Under the pieces are notes generated by a model. It saw nothing but the letters and a program-made list of their open reading frames with translations, did no database searches and had not been told where the DNA came from. Made by a program: the position numbers and the translations under genes. A stretch of DNA of 64,000 nt. Origin: Vicinamibacteria bacterium (GTDB lineage: Bacteria; Acidobacteriota; Vicinamibacteria; Marinacidobacterales; Marinacidobacteraceae). The stretch lies in NCBI GenBank assembly GCA_963668695.2, contig CAXXLQ010000004.1, positions 1,152,001 through 1,216,000 on the forward strand. The letters run 5' to 3'. Shown here one piece after another: positions 9,623-19,690 of the stretch (position 1 is its first letter; each line of letters starts with the position of its first letter).

Positions 9623-10459
9623 TCACACCAGCACCACCGCCGCCGGCGGCAGCGCGCCGGCAGCGGCCTCCGCCCGGTAGCACTCCCCTGCGGTGGCGGC
9701 GAGGGGAGGAGTCAGGGTTCCCGTGGTGATGACCTCCCCGGGGCAGAGCGGATTCCCCTGATCCGCCGCCATTTCGGCCAGCACCCCGACCGCGTCCAGC
9801 GGGTTCCCGAGGACCATGCGGCCAGCCCCGTCCGCCACGTGTCCGGCGGCCGCGGGATCGTCCGCCGGCGCCCGGGTCATGGACACCACGAGTGCGGCCA
9901 TCGCGGCCGCGGCGGCCTCCGGATCGTCCACCGGGACGAGCGGCCCCACGGCGAGCCCGTGATGGATCCCGCCGGCGGCTACCGCGTCAGCGGGGCGCAT
10001 GTTCCAACCGGGATACGGCGAGTCCACGACCTCGAAGCCGAGGCCGATCTCGGCCACGTGGCGGGCGACAGCGGCGCCCCGGTCTCCCTTTTCGGGGGTG
10101 GAGCGGAGCACCACCACGACCTCGCATTCGATCTTCGGCTCGACGGCGCCCGCCATGGAAATGGCCGGGGCCTGGCCGCCCGGCCCGGTGCGGGTCACCG
10201 ACTCTTCGAACATGGATCCCCACACCGGCAGGGTCAGCCCGGCCTTTTCCCAGAGCGCGGGGTTCGTGAACCCGATCTTGCGACCGACCACCGGGGACCG
10301 GGCGGCCCGGCGGCAGGCGACGATCCCGGCCACCTGGTACGCCTCGGCAAGGCCGAACCCGGAGACGCGGCCGGTAAAGGGAGCGAGCCGGCCGCCGGCG
10401 GCGCGGGCGGCGATGATTTCCTCGGCGATGGCCATGGGATCGAACGATGGGTCAGTCAT
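9623..10459 (-). CDS. 2-keto-4-pentenoate hydratase-like (FAH family)
   Basis: GRKIGFT, PKIECE, EVVDS, GNPL and GEVITTGT. Confidence 0.85.
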   Translation of the reverse strand: MTDPSFDPMAIAEEIIAARAAGGRLAPFTGRVSGFGLAEAYQVAGIVACRRAARSPVVGRKIGFTNPALWEKAGLTLPVWGSMFEESVTRTGPGGQAPAISMAGAVEPKIECEVVVVLRSTPEKGDRGAAVARHVAEIGLGFEVVDSPYPGWNMRPADAVAAGGIHHGLAVGPLVPVDDPEAAAAAMAALVVSMTRAPADDPAAAGHVADGAGRMVLGNPLDAVGVLAEMAADQGNPLCPGEVITTGTLTPPLAATAGECYRAEAAAGALPPAAVVLV

Positions 10460-10526
10460 GGAATTCCTCCGGCCGGCAGTGTACGGATTCGGGTAGAGTC
10501 GGCCGCCCGCCGAAGGCGTTTCTCCA

Positions 10527-10910
10527 GTGTTCAGCATCTCCGTCCGGGACCACGTCATGTGCTCGCACGCGCTGCGCGGCGAGATCTTCGGCCCGGCCCA
10601 GAATCGCCACGGGGCCACCTACGCAGTCACCGCCGAGTTCCGCGGCCCGGAACTCGACGAACACGGCGTGTTGCTGGATCTCGGCTGGGCCAAGGAAGCG
10701 CTCGGCGAGACGCTCGCGCCGCTCCGTTACGCGGACCTCGACGAGGTGTTCCCGGGCGAGAACACCACCACCGAGTTCCTCTGCCGCTATGTGCACGGGG
10801 AGCTGGCGCGGCGCCTCCCGGCGAGCTTCCAGGGCGCGATCCGGGTGGAGCTCGTCGAAAATCCCCTGATGGCGGCTGCTTACGAAGCCCCCGTCGCCAA
10901 CCGCTCCTGA
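10527..10910 (+). CDS. 6-pyruvoyl/6-carboxy-tetrahydropterin synthase (QueD/PTPS-like)
   Basis: H..HGATY.V...F, NTTTEFL and VELVENP T-fold motifs. Confidence 0.8.
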   Translation: MFSISVRDHVMCSHALRGEIFGPAQNRHGATYAVTAEFRGPELDEHGVLLDLGWAKEALGETLAPLRYADLDEVFPGENTTTEFLCRYVHGELARRLPASFQGAIRVELVENPLMAAAYEAPVANRS

Positions 10911-10921
10911 AGGAGTTCCGC

Positions 10922-12079
10922 TTGTCTGACGACGATCGTCCCCAGAGCCTCGATACCCGCGCCGTCCACGAAGGCGCGCTGCACCCCCGTCCGTTCGGCG
11001 CCGTCTCGACGCCGGTGTTCCAGACCGCGAACTTCGAGTACCACGGCGAGGAGTACCACGACGTCGGGTACCTGCGGCTCTCGAACAGCCCGAACCATCT
11101 CGTCCTCCACCGGCGGATCGCTTCGCTGGAGGGAGCGGAAGACGCGCTCGTCACCGGCAGCGGCATGGCTGCGATCTCGTCGGCGCTCCTCACGTTTTTG
11201 AGCGCCGGGGATCACCTGTTGGTCCAGGACGTGGTGTACGGCGGGACCGCCAACATGCTGGAGCACGATCTGCCTCGTTGGGGGATCAACCACACCAAGA
11301 TCGATCCGCAGGATCCGGCGTCCTGGGAGGCGGCGCTCACGCCTTCGACGCGGTTGATCTACGTCGAGACCCTGACGAATCCATTGGTTCAGATGGCCGA
11401 TCTCGAGGCGGTGGCAGCGTTCGCGAAAAGCAGCGGGCTGATCTCCATGATCGACAACACCTTCGCGAGCCCGGTGCTCTGCCGTCCGGCGGAATTGGGC
11501 TTCGATCTGGTGATGGAGAGCGCCACCAAGTACATGAACGGGCACAACGACCTGGTGGCGGGCTCGATTTCGGGCTCCGCGGAACGGGTGCGGCGGATCA
11601 AGCTCACGCTCGACCATCTCGGTGGCTCGCTCGATCCGCACGCGTGTGTGCTGCTGGAACGCGGGCTCAAGACCATCGGCCTCCGGGTGCGCCGGCAGTC
11701 GGCGAGCGCGCTTGAGATCGCCCGCTTCCTCGAGGGCCGCCCCGAGATCGCCGAGATCCACTATCCCGGCCTGCCCTCGCACGCCCAGCACGCCCGGGCC
11801 GCCCGCCTGCTCGGCGGCGGTTTCGGGGGGATGCTGGCGTTCGTGCACGCCGGCGGAGGGGAGGTTGCCGACGCCTTCGCGTCGCGCCTCGAGCTGCCGA
11901 CGGTGGCGGCGAGCCTCGGCGGGGTGGAGTCGCTCATCATCCGCCCGGCTGCCGCCATCCACAGCGGCCTGCCACCGGAAGCCCGCGCCGGCATGGGGAT
12001 CTCCGAGGGACTCATGCGGTTTTCCACCGGGGTGGAGGCCGTGGAAGACCTGATCGCCGATTTCACGCAGGCGCTCTGA
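10922..12079 (+). CDS. PLP-dependent trans-sulfuration enzyme (Met gamma-lyase / cystathionine gamma-synthase family)
   Basis: SGMAAI, ETLTNP, DNTFASP, SATKYMNGH and SLGGVESL. TTG start after an AGGAG RBS. Confidence 0.92.
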   Translation: MSDDDRPQSLDTRAVHEGALHPRPFGAVSTPVFQTANFEYHGEEYHDVGYLRLSNSPNHLVLHRRIASLEGAEDALVTGSGMAAISSALLTFLSAGDHLLVQDVVYGGTANMLEHDLPRWGINHTKIDPQDPASWEAALTPSTRLIYVETLTNPLVQMADLEAVAAFAKSSGLISMIDNTFASPVLCRPAELGFDLVMESATKYMNGHNDLVAGSISGSAERVRRIKLTLDHLGGSLDPHACVLLERGLKTIGLRVRRQSASALEIARFLEGRPEIAEIHYPGLPSHAQHARAARLLGGGFGGMLAFVHAGGGEVADAFASRLELPTVAASLGGVESLIIRPAAAIHSGLPPEARAGMGISEGLMRFSTGVEAVEDLIADFTQAL

Positions 12080-12094
12080 CGCCGAGCCGGACCG

Positions 12095-12712
12095 GTGTTT
12101 CCCCCGCTTCCTCCGGAACGCTTCGGCATCATCTACGCCGACCCGCCCTGGGATTACAAGGGCCAGTTGCAGCACGCGGGGCCGGCCAGCGGCGACACCG
12201 GCGGCGCCATCCGGCACTACGGGACCGTCACCCTCGACGACCTCATAAAGCTCCCGGTCGGAACGATTGCGGCGGACGAGTGCCTCCTGTTCCTTTGGGC
12301 CACGAGCCCCCATCTGGACCAGGCGATCGAGTTGGGCAAGGCCTGGGGATTCGCCTGGGCGACCGTCGCTTTCGTCTGGGACAAGGTCCGGGTGAATCCG
12401 GGCTTTTACACGATGAGCCAGTGCGAGTTGTGCCTCGTGTTCCGCCGCGGCCGGATCCCCACGCCCCGCGGCGCGCGCAACGAACGCCAGCTCGTCCAGG
12501 CGGAGCGCGGGCCCCACTCGGAGAAGCCGGAGGAAGTGCGGCGCCGGATCGAACGGATGTTTCCGGAGCAGACGAAAATCGAACTCTTCGCCCGGCGGGA
12601 ACTCCCCGGCTGGCAGCCGTGGGGGCTGGAAACCGCTCTGGAATCCAGGGTTTCCGCACCGGAAGCGAGCTCCGCACCCGCCACCGGTGGAACGGGGCGC
12701 CGCTTCGGCTAG
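12095..12712 (+). CDS. MT-A70 family N6-adenine methyltransferase
   Basis: IYADPPW, LFLWAT, HSEKP and IELFAR. Confidence 0.92.
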   Translation: MFPPLPPERFGIIYADPPWDYKGQLQHAGPASGDTGGAIRHYGTVTLDDLIKLPVGTIAADECLLFLWATSPHLDQAIELGKAWGFAWATVAFVWDKVRVNPGFYTMSQCELCLVFRRGRIPTPRGARNERQLVQAERGPHSEKPEEVRRRIERMFPEQTKIELFARRELPGWQPWGLETALESRVSAPEASSAPATGGTGRRFG

Positions 12713-12738
12713 CCGGCCCACGCTGTCTCCGGGCTGCC

Positions 12739-13163
12739 AGCAGCCGGTGGTGGAACCCACGTGAGCGCCGAGGCTGGCCAGTCCCGGTGGGGGCGAGGCG
12801 CCCGGCTGACAAGGCGCGTGAGGAAGGAGCCCCCACCGGGAGAACTGGCCCGGTGTATTTCGACCGAAACGCAACGATGAGCGGCGCGAAGCGACGCGGT
12901 TTCAGACCGAGAACTGGGCCGCGTGGGTTTCATCAAGGCTGTTTGGCCGGGATGGATCGCCGGCCGAGCCCCCACCGGGAGAACTGGCCCGGGTGTATTT
13001 CGACCGAAACGAACGATGAGCGGCGCGAAGCGACGCGGTCAGCCGGGATGGATTGCCGGCCGAGCCCCCACCGGGAGAACTGGGCCGCGCGGGTTTCATT
13101 ACAGGCTGTTTGGCCGGGATGGATTGCCGGCCGAACGCCGCGTGGGTTTCGCTACCGGCTGCT
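12739..13163. mobile_element. MITE-like element, copy 2, internally amplified
   Basis: TIRs AGCAGCCGGTGGTGGAACCC / GGGTTTCGCTACCGGCTGCT(AG). Repeated internal modules and internal right-end-like copies at ~12926 and ~13091. Confidence 0.75.
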
Positions 13164-13176
13164 AGAGTCCGGATCA

Positions 13177-13596
13177 GTGGCTTGGTCGATCTGGGTAGTT
13201 GCCGGGGTCGCCCTCGCCGCGCTTGAACTCCTGGCCGGCGGCGAACTCTGGCTTCTCTTCGCGGGTGTCGCGGCGGTCGTCGTCGGACTGTTGGCCGGCG
13301 TGGGATTGACCGGGCTGGCGCCGCAGTTTCTCGTCTTCTCCGTTCTTGCGGCCTCCGCCTTCTTCGTGAGGCGGCGCCTCTTGGCTCCCGCGGACAAAAG
13401 TCCCGTCGGCAGCGACTCGCTCGCGGGAGAGGTCGGAACGGCTACTTCGGAGATCCTGCCGAACCAGCCGGGGCACGCGGAATTCCGTGGTTCCCGGTGG
13501 CCAGCGCGAACGGCGTCCGGGCAACCGATCGAGGCCGGAAGCAGCGTGCGGGTTGCGCGGATGGAAGGCATCACCCTGTTTGTCGAGCCCGAATGA
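13177..13596 (+). CDS. NfeD family membrane protein (short form)
   Basis: Hydrophobic N-terminus plus OB-fold G..W.A...G..V.V....G..L.VEP, directly upstream of an SPFH gene. Confidence 0.88.
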   Translation: MAWSIWVVAGVALAALELLAGGELWLLFAGVAAVVVGLLAGVGLTGLAPQFLVFSVLAASAFFVRRRLLAPADKSPVGSDSLAGEVGTATSEILPNQPGHAEFRGSRWPARTASGQPIEAGSSVRVARMEGITLFVEPE

Positions 13597-13636
13597 CGCC
13601 TCGCTGATGCGGGGCCACTGAAAAAGGAAAAAGTCT

Positions 13637-14572
13637 GTGACGCCATTTCAAATTATCGCGGGATTGATCGCCCTGATCGTCGTGATCACGCTCTTCCGCA
13701 CCGCCCGGGTCGTTCCCCAGCAGCAGGTGTTCGTGGTGGAGCGGCTCGGCCGCTACCACGACAGTCTCAAGGCCGGTTTCCACCTGTTGGTGCCTTTCGT
13801 GGACCGCGTCGCCTACCGGCATTCGTTGAAGGAGCGCGCCATCGATGTCCCGCAGCAGGTGTGCATCACCCGCGACAACGTCCAGATCTCCGTGGACGGC
13901 GTGCTCTACATCCAGGTCGTGGACGGGCGGCGCGCCTCCTACGGCATCGGCGACTATACGTTCGCGATCGCGCAGCTCGCGCAGACGACGCTTCGTAGCG
14001 AGATCGGGAAAATCGATCTTGATCGGACCTTCGAGGAGCGGTCGACGATCAACGCTTGCGTGGTCGAGGCAGTGGACCGTGCCAGCGACCCTTGGGGCGT
14101 GAAGGTCCTCCGCTACGAAATCCGCGACATCGCGCCGCCGTCCGACGTGCTGAGCGCCATGGAAAAGCAGATGCGCGCCGAACGGGAGAAGCGCGCGACC
14201 ATCCTCGCCTCCGAAGCTGACCGCGACTCGCAGATCAACCGGGCGGAGGGCGAGAAGCAGCGCGTCCTGCGGGAATCGGAAGCCCAGCGTCAGCGGCAGA
14301 TCAACGAGGCGGAAGGCGAGGCGCAGGCCATCATCGCGGTGGCCACAGCCACCGCCGAGGGGATTCGCCAGGTGGGAGAAGCCATCTCCGGCCCCGGCGG
14401 GCAGGAATCCGCCCGCATCCGGGTGGCCGAGCAGTACGTGTCCGAATTCGGCAAGCTCGCGCGGTCCACGAACACCCTCATTCTCCCCGCCAACCTCGCG
14501 GATATCGGCGGTTTCGTCGCTACCGCGATGGAAGTCATCAAGAGTACGGACAAGACCTCAGCGAGTTCGTAG
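13637..14572 (+). CDS. SPFH/band-7 (QmcA/paraslipin-like) protein
   Basis: VVERLGRY, CITRDNV, QTTLRSEIG and MEKQMRAEREKRA. Confidence 0.95.
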   Translation: MTPFQIIAGLIALIVVITLFRTARVVPQQQVFVVERLGRYHDSLKAGFHLLVPFVDRVAYRHSLKERAIDVPQQVCITRDNVQISVDGVLYIQVVDGRRASYGIGDYTFAIAQLAQTTLRSEIGKIDLDRTFEERSTINACVVEAVDRASDPWGVKVLRYEIRDIAPPSDVLSAMEKQMRAEREKRATILASEADRDSQINRAEGEKQRVLRESEAQRQRQINEAEGEAQAIIAVATATAEGIRQVGEAISGPGGQESARIRVAEQYVSEFGKLARSTNTLILPANLADIGGFVATAMEVIKSTDKTSASS

Positions 14573-14848
14573 CCCGCGTGCCGAGTCGGCGGGCGGCCCG
14601 GAGGCTGTCGGTCGGATCGGATAGTGCCGGTTTATGTCGCTGCGACGGTGCGACGGCGCAGCGGCAGGCGGTGAAACCGGCACCCCGGCAGTTCGGGGTG
14701 TCTCACGCGCCGGGATGGAACGACGCGGTGAAGGACAAGTTAGGTCGTGTATGGCTACCCGGCGTGACCCCGGTTCGTGGCGTCACTCCCAGGCGCCCGA
14801 CAGACAGATGTTGGAGAGCGACAAATACCGTCGTTCTATGGTTCCGCC

Positions 14849-14912
14849 CAGTCCGGCATCGCGCGCCAGACCTTCTCCGGGCTCAGCGGGGTGTCGAGGT
14901 GTTCCACCCCGA
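14849..14912 (-). pseudogene. Displaced copy of the 3' end of the molybdo-hydroxylase gene
   Basis: 64 nt matching 15498-15561 with 5 mismatches (GVEHLDTPLSPEKVWRAMPD vs GVEHLDTPLTPEKVWRAMQD). Confidence 0.85.
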
Positions 14913-14974
14913 GCGGGTGAGGACGCCGGGATCAGGGGCTCGGGATGTGCTTTCATATATCGGCATCACACATC

Positions 14975-15193
14975 ATGCGGACGAGCATCTCTCTCCCCGA
15001 CGAGCAGGCCGAGCGGCTCGCGGAGGTGTGTCGTAATCAGGGCATCTCCCGCGCCGAGGCAGTGCGGCGCGCGCTCGCCCGGTATCTCGACGAACATCGG
15101 CGCCGTCGCCAGGAAGACGTGTTCGGGATCTGGCGCGGACGCCACCCGGACGGGCTCGACTACGAGCGCCGGTTGCGGGGAGAGTGGTCCTGA
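14975..15193 (+). CDS. CopG/ribbon-helix-helix antitoxin-like protein (orphan)
   Basis: MRTSISLPD...GISRAEAVRRAL...FGIW...R.EW, a VapB-like pattern. No PIN gene follows. Confidence 0.8.
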   Translation: MRTSISLPDEQAERLAEVCRNQGISRAEAVRRALARYLDEHRRRRQEDVFGIWRGRHPDGLDYERRLRGEWS

Positions 15194-15496
15194 ACGGGAG
15201 CTGCCCGGTGGGCGATGCCGGTCTGAAGACGCCCACCGGGGGAGACCTTCCCGGGGGAGACCTTCATCGTCGGGTCCTCCTGCACACCCCGGCGGTCATG
15301 AAAAAGGCGCGCGGGTGCTTCGGGCAAGGGGAGCGGTGAGTGGTCGCACGATCCGAGGTTGGAGGAGGGTGCGGACTTCACGTTGGCATGACGCCGCATC
15401 ATCGGCGCTGGTTTCGCGCTCCCTCGCGGCCGGCACCATCTGGACCGTTGGCGGTCCCGCCGGATCGCGGTTCCCCGTCGCCTCGGCGTCGAGCGC

Positions 15497-17807
15497 TCAG
15501 TCCTGCATCGCCCGCCAGACCTTTTCCGGGGTCAGCGGGGTGTCGAGGTGTTCCACGCCGAAGGGGCGTAGCGCGTCCATCACGGCGTTGACGACCGCCG
15601 GCGTCGAGCCGATGGTCGCCGCCTCGCCGATCCCCTTGACTCCGAGCGGGTTGACGTGGGTCGGCGTGACCGTTCGGTGCAGTTCGTAGGAGGGGAGCAT
15701 GTCGGCCCTCGGGACCGCGTATTCGAGCAGGGACGGGGTCAGGAAGTTGCCGTCCGCGTCGTAGACCGCTTCTTCGTAGAGTGCCTGCGCGATTCCCTGG
15801 GCCAGCCCGCCGTGCACCTGCCCCTCGGCGAGCAGCGGGTTGATCACCCGGCCGCAGTCGTCCACCGAGATGTAGCGGAGGATCTCGACGGCGCCGGTAT
15901 CGGGATCGATCTCCACCGCGCAGAGGTGGGATCCGAACGGGAAGGTCTCGCCGGGGGGCTTGAAGTCCACATCGGCAGAAAGTTCGGCGGCGGCGCCCTC
16001 GGGGGAGTCCGCCGAGTAGGCGAACGCCGCGATCTCCGACCAGCCGACAGCGCGGGCGGGCGAGCCGGCGACGAAGAATTGCCCCGCCTCGAAGCGGATG
16101 TCCTCGGGAGCCGCTTCCAGGAGCTTGGCGGCGAGCTGCTTTGCATGTTCGCGGACGGTTTCGGCGTTGTTGAAGATCGCCGACCCTCCCACCGGAGCGC
16201 TCCGGCTTCCGAAGGTCCCGATGCCGCGCGGACACTCGTCGGTGTCACCGTGGAGCACCGTCACGTCGTCCATTTGGACGCCGAGCTGCTCCGCGGCGAT
16301 CTGCGCCCACGCCGTCTCGTGTCCCTGCCCGTGCGGCGAGGTGCCGCTCCGAACGGTGACCGAACCGTCGGGTTCGACGGTCACGCCCCCGGCCTCCCAG
16401 GGGCCGAATCCGCAGATCTCCACGTAGCAGGCGAGGCCGATCCCGAGCAGCTTTCCGCCGCCCTCGGCCCGCCGCCGGGCCTGTTCGGCCCGAAGACTCG
16501 CGTAGTCGCCGGCCTCCAGCGCCAGATCGAGCGCCTTTTCGTAGTCCCCGCTGTCGTAGGTCAGCCCCGTCGCCGTCCGGTAGGGGAACTTGTGCGCCGG
16601 GATCAGGTTGCGGCGGCGGATGTCCGCCGGGTCCATCCCGAGCCGGCCGGCCAGCACGTCGAGCGCCCGCTCGATCAGGTAGGTGGCCTCCGGGCGGCCG
16701 GAGCCCCGGTAGGGCTCGTTCGGCGCGGTGTTCGTGAACGCCCCCTCGGCCCGGGCGTGGGCGGAGCGGATGTCGTAGGGACCGACGATCATGCTCCCGG
16801 TGAGGGAGGGAGTGGTGGGTCCGGGCCGGCTGAAGTAGGCGCCCGAGTCGTAGAGGATGTCCAGATCGCAGTGCCGTCACCCGCCCGTCGCGGTCGGCCG
16901 AGACGCCGAGCGTCACGAAGAGGTTTCGGCCGTGGGTGGTGGTCTGGAAGTCCTCGGTCCGGGTGGCGTACCAGCGGACCGGGCGGCCGAGCCGCAGGGC
17001 GAGCCAGGGGACCAGGACCTCCTCGGCGTAGAGGTTCGCCTTGGCGCCGAAGCCGCCGCCGACCTCGGGGGCGATGGTCCGGATGCGTTCCTCGGGGATT
17101 CCCAGGATGCGCGCCACGCTCGACTTCACCCGATGCGCGGACTGGGTGGAGGTCCACATCGTGATCCGGTCGCCGTCCACCCGGGCGGCGACCGCCCGCG
17201 GTTCCATGGCGCTTGGGATCAGGCGCTGGATCCGGAAGTCGAGCGACACCTCGACCTCACCCTGCGCGGCCTCGGGCGCGCCCTCGGGATGGAGTTCCCA
17301 GACGAAGGATCGGTTCCCTGCCACCTCGGGATAGAGGAGCTCCGCGCCCTCGGCGCGCGCCGCCCGGGAGTCGCCGGCTCCGGGGAGGTCCCGGTAGTCC
17401 ACGAAGACCAGCGCGGCGGCGTCGGCCGCCTGTTCGGGCGTCTCGGCGACCACCGCCACCACCGGATCGCCGACCGTGAGGACCTTGCCGTCGGCGAGCG
17501 CCCACCGCGGCGGCAGGTGGAGTTCGGTGAACGCGCCGGCGTCCGGCGCCCGGGCCACGGGGAAGGGCTTTTTCAACGTCGGCAGGATGTCCGCCGCGGT
17601 GAAGATCCCGACGACGCCAGGCGCGGCGGCGGCTTCCTCGCTATCGATCTCGACGATCTCGGCGTGCGGATAGGGACTGCGGACGACCGCGAGATGGAGG
17701 GCGCCGGGAAGCGGGATGTCCGGGGTGTAATGCGCCTGACCGGTGATGAGCCGCGGGTCTTCCCGCCTTCGCACCCGATCGCCGATGGTCTGGGTTCTGA
17801 TTGCCAA
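15497..17807 (-). pseudogene. Xanthine dehydrogenase/CoxL-like molybdopterin-binding large subunit, frameshifted near 16868
   Basis: RREDPRLITG and VGGGFGAK lie in one frame; PYRGSGR, GQGHET and GVKGIGE lie in another. This could be a sequencing error. Confidence 0.85.
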
Positions 17808-17946
17808 GCTGTAACTGCGTCCGAAGGGGAGCGATTCTAGCGATGGCGCCCAGCGCGCCCGTAAACCGACCCCGCAAGCCCGCTCTGTATTAGGCTGCCG
17901 CGCGCCTCAGGTTTCGTCAGTTCCCGCCGTCTCCGTTCGAACCCTC

Positions 17947-18900
17947 TTGATTTCCACCCCCTCGCCCGCTGCGCGGGAATCCGCCCCGCCGCTCGCGCGG
18001 CTCGAAGGCGTCACCCACCGCTACGGGGACGTCCTGGCGCTCGACCGGCTCGATCTGGGGGTGCGGGAAGGCGAGGTGCTGGCGGTGCTCGGCCCGAACG
18101 GCGCCGGCAAGACCACCGCGGTCAGCCTGCTCCTCGGCACCCTCCAGGTCCAGCAGGGGACCGCGCGGGTGTTCGGCAGCGTCCCGGACGCCGCGGACGT
18201 CCGTCTCCGGCGGGGCGCGATGCTCCAGGTCTCCGGCGTTCCGGACACCCTCACCGTCGGGGAGCACCTGGCGCTCTTTCGGGCGTACTACCCGGCGCCG
18301 CTGCCGATGGGGCGGCTGCTGGACATGGCGGGTCTGGGAGAACTCCGCGACCGGCGGTTCGGGAAGCTCTCCGGCGGGCAGAAGCAGCGGGTGATGTTTG
18401 CGCTCGCCATGGCGGGGGATCCCGAGCTGGTGTTCCTCGACGAGCCGACCGCCGGCCTCGACCTCGACGGACGCCGCCGTCTCTGGGACGAGATCCGGGG
18501 GCTCAAGGCGGCGGGGCGCACCGCCGTGCTCACGACGCATCACCTCGAGGAGGCGGATGCCCTCGCCGACCGGATCGCCGTGATCCACCGCGGGCGGTTG
18601 ATCGCCGAGGGGAGCCCGTCGGCGATCAAGTCCCGCACCTCCGGCCGCGTCGTGCGCTGCGTCACGAGCATCCGCCCCGAAGCGGCGCGCGACTTCCCCG
18701 AGGCCGCCCGGGTGGAGACGAAGGGACAGCACCTCGAGATCGTGAGCGCCGAGCCGGAGGCGCTGCTCCGCCGGATGTTCGCCCTCGACCCGGAGCTGAG
18801 CGACCTGACGGTGGCCGGCGTGGGGCTCGAGGAGGCGTTCCTCGCGCTCACCGGCGGCGGCGCGGGGGAAAACGGCGCCAGGCCGGAGGGGGGTTCGTAG
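17947..18900 (+). CDS. ABC transporter ATP-binding protein
   Basis: GPNGAGKT, LSGGQ, FLDEPT and H-loop. Confidence 0.95.
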   Translation: MISTPSPAARESAPPLARLEGVTHRYGDVLALDRLDLGVREGEVLAVLGPNGAGKTTAVSLLLGTLQVQQGTARVFGSVPDAADVRLRRGAMLQVSGVPDTLTVGEHLALFRAYYPAPLPMGRLLDMAGLGELRDRRFGKLSGGQKQRVMFALAMAGDPELVFLDEPTAGLDLDGRRRLWDEIRGLKAAGRTAVLTTHHLEEADALADRIAVIHRGRLIAEGSPSAIKSRTSGRVVRCVTSIRPEAARDFPEAARVETKGQHLEIVSAEPEALLRRMFALDPELSDLTVAGVGLEEAFLALTGGGAGENGARPEGGS

Positions 18901-18947
18901 ATGCCGGCGTCCGCTGCCCCCGCCTTCCGCCGCGGATTCCGGGGCAC

Positions 18948-19688
18948 GTGCGGATCGCGCTGCTGGAAGCGCGCTTCCAGTTCCTCAGTTCCCTGCGGCT
19001 GCCGGCGTTCGCGGTCCCGACGCTCCTCTTCCCGCTGTTTTTCTACCTGTTCTTCGGGGTGGTGTTCCAGCGGGGCGGAGTCTCCCTCGCCGCGCCGACC
19101 TACATGCTCGCTACCTACGGCGTGTTCGGCATTCTCGGCCCGTCGCTCTTCGGATTCGGAGTGGGTCTCGCGCAGGAGCGCGACTCCGGCGCCCTGCTGC
19201 TGAAGCGGACCACCCCCATGCCCGCGGGGGCCTACCTGTTCGCGCGGGTGGCGGTGGCGATGATCTTCGGCGCCGTGGTGCTGCTCGGGCTGTTCCTGCT
19301 CGGCGCCTACGCCGCCGGCGTTGAACTCCACCGCTCGCAGTGGTTCGGGCTCGCCGGAGTCACCCTCGCCGGCGTGCTGCCGCTCTGCGCCCTCGGGCTC
19401 GCGATGGGGGCATGGGCGAAACAACAGGCGGCGGTAGCGGTGGTGAACCTGGTGTTCATCTCGATGTCGGTGCTGTCGGGGCTCTGGTTCCCGATCCAGA
19501 TGCTCCCCGGGTTCTTGCAGGACTTGGCGATCGTCTTTCCGGCGTACCACCTCGGACAACTCGCGCTGAAGGTGATCGACCTCGACCTGGGGCAACCGGC
19601 CGCGCTTCATGTGGGCCTGTTGGCAGGGCAGGCCGCCGTCTTCCTCGCCGTCGCGGCGGCGGGGCTGCGGCGCTTCGCGGGCCGCTGA
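18948..19688 (+). CDS. ABC-2 type permease
   Basis: About 6 hydrophobic segments and LSGLWFP, following the ATPase gene. Confidence 0.88.
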   Translation: MRIALLEARFQFLSSLRLPAFAVPTLLFPLFFYLFFGVVFQRGGVSLAAPTYMLATYGVFGILGPSLFGFGVGLAQERDSGALLLKRTTPMPAGAYLFARVAVAMIFGAVVLLGLFLLGAYAAGVELHRSQWFGLAGVTLAGVLPLCALGLAMGAWAKQQAAVAVVNLVFISMSVLSGLWFPIQMLPGFLQDLAIVFPAYHLGQLALKVIDLDLGQPAALHVGLLAGQAAVFLAVAAAGLRRFAGR

Positions 19689-19690
19689 TC

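Noticed and set aside
9294-9683. ORFs with recurring peptides such as PPPGELA, QFSRWG and PTGRTG
   Set aside because: They are translations of the MITE and 18-nt motif, not a protein family.
15497-17807. Aerobic CO dehydrogenase (form I coxL)
   Set aside because: It lacks AYxCSFR and has no coxM/coxS neighbours.
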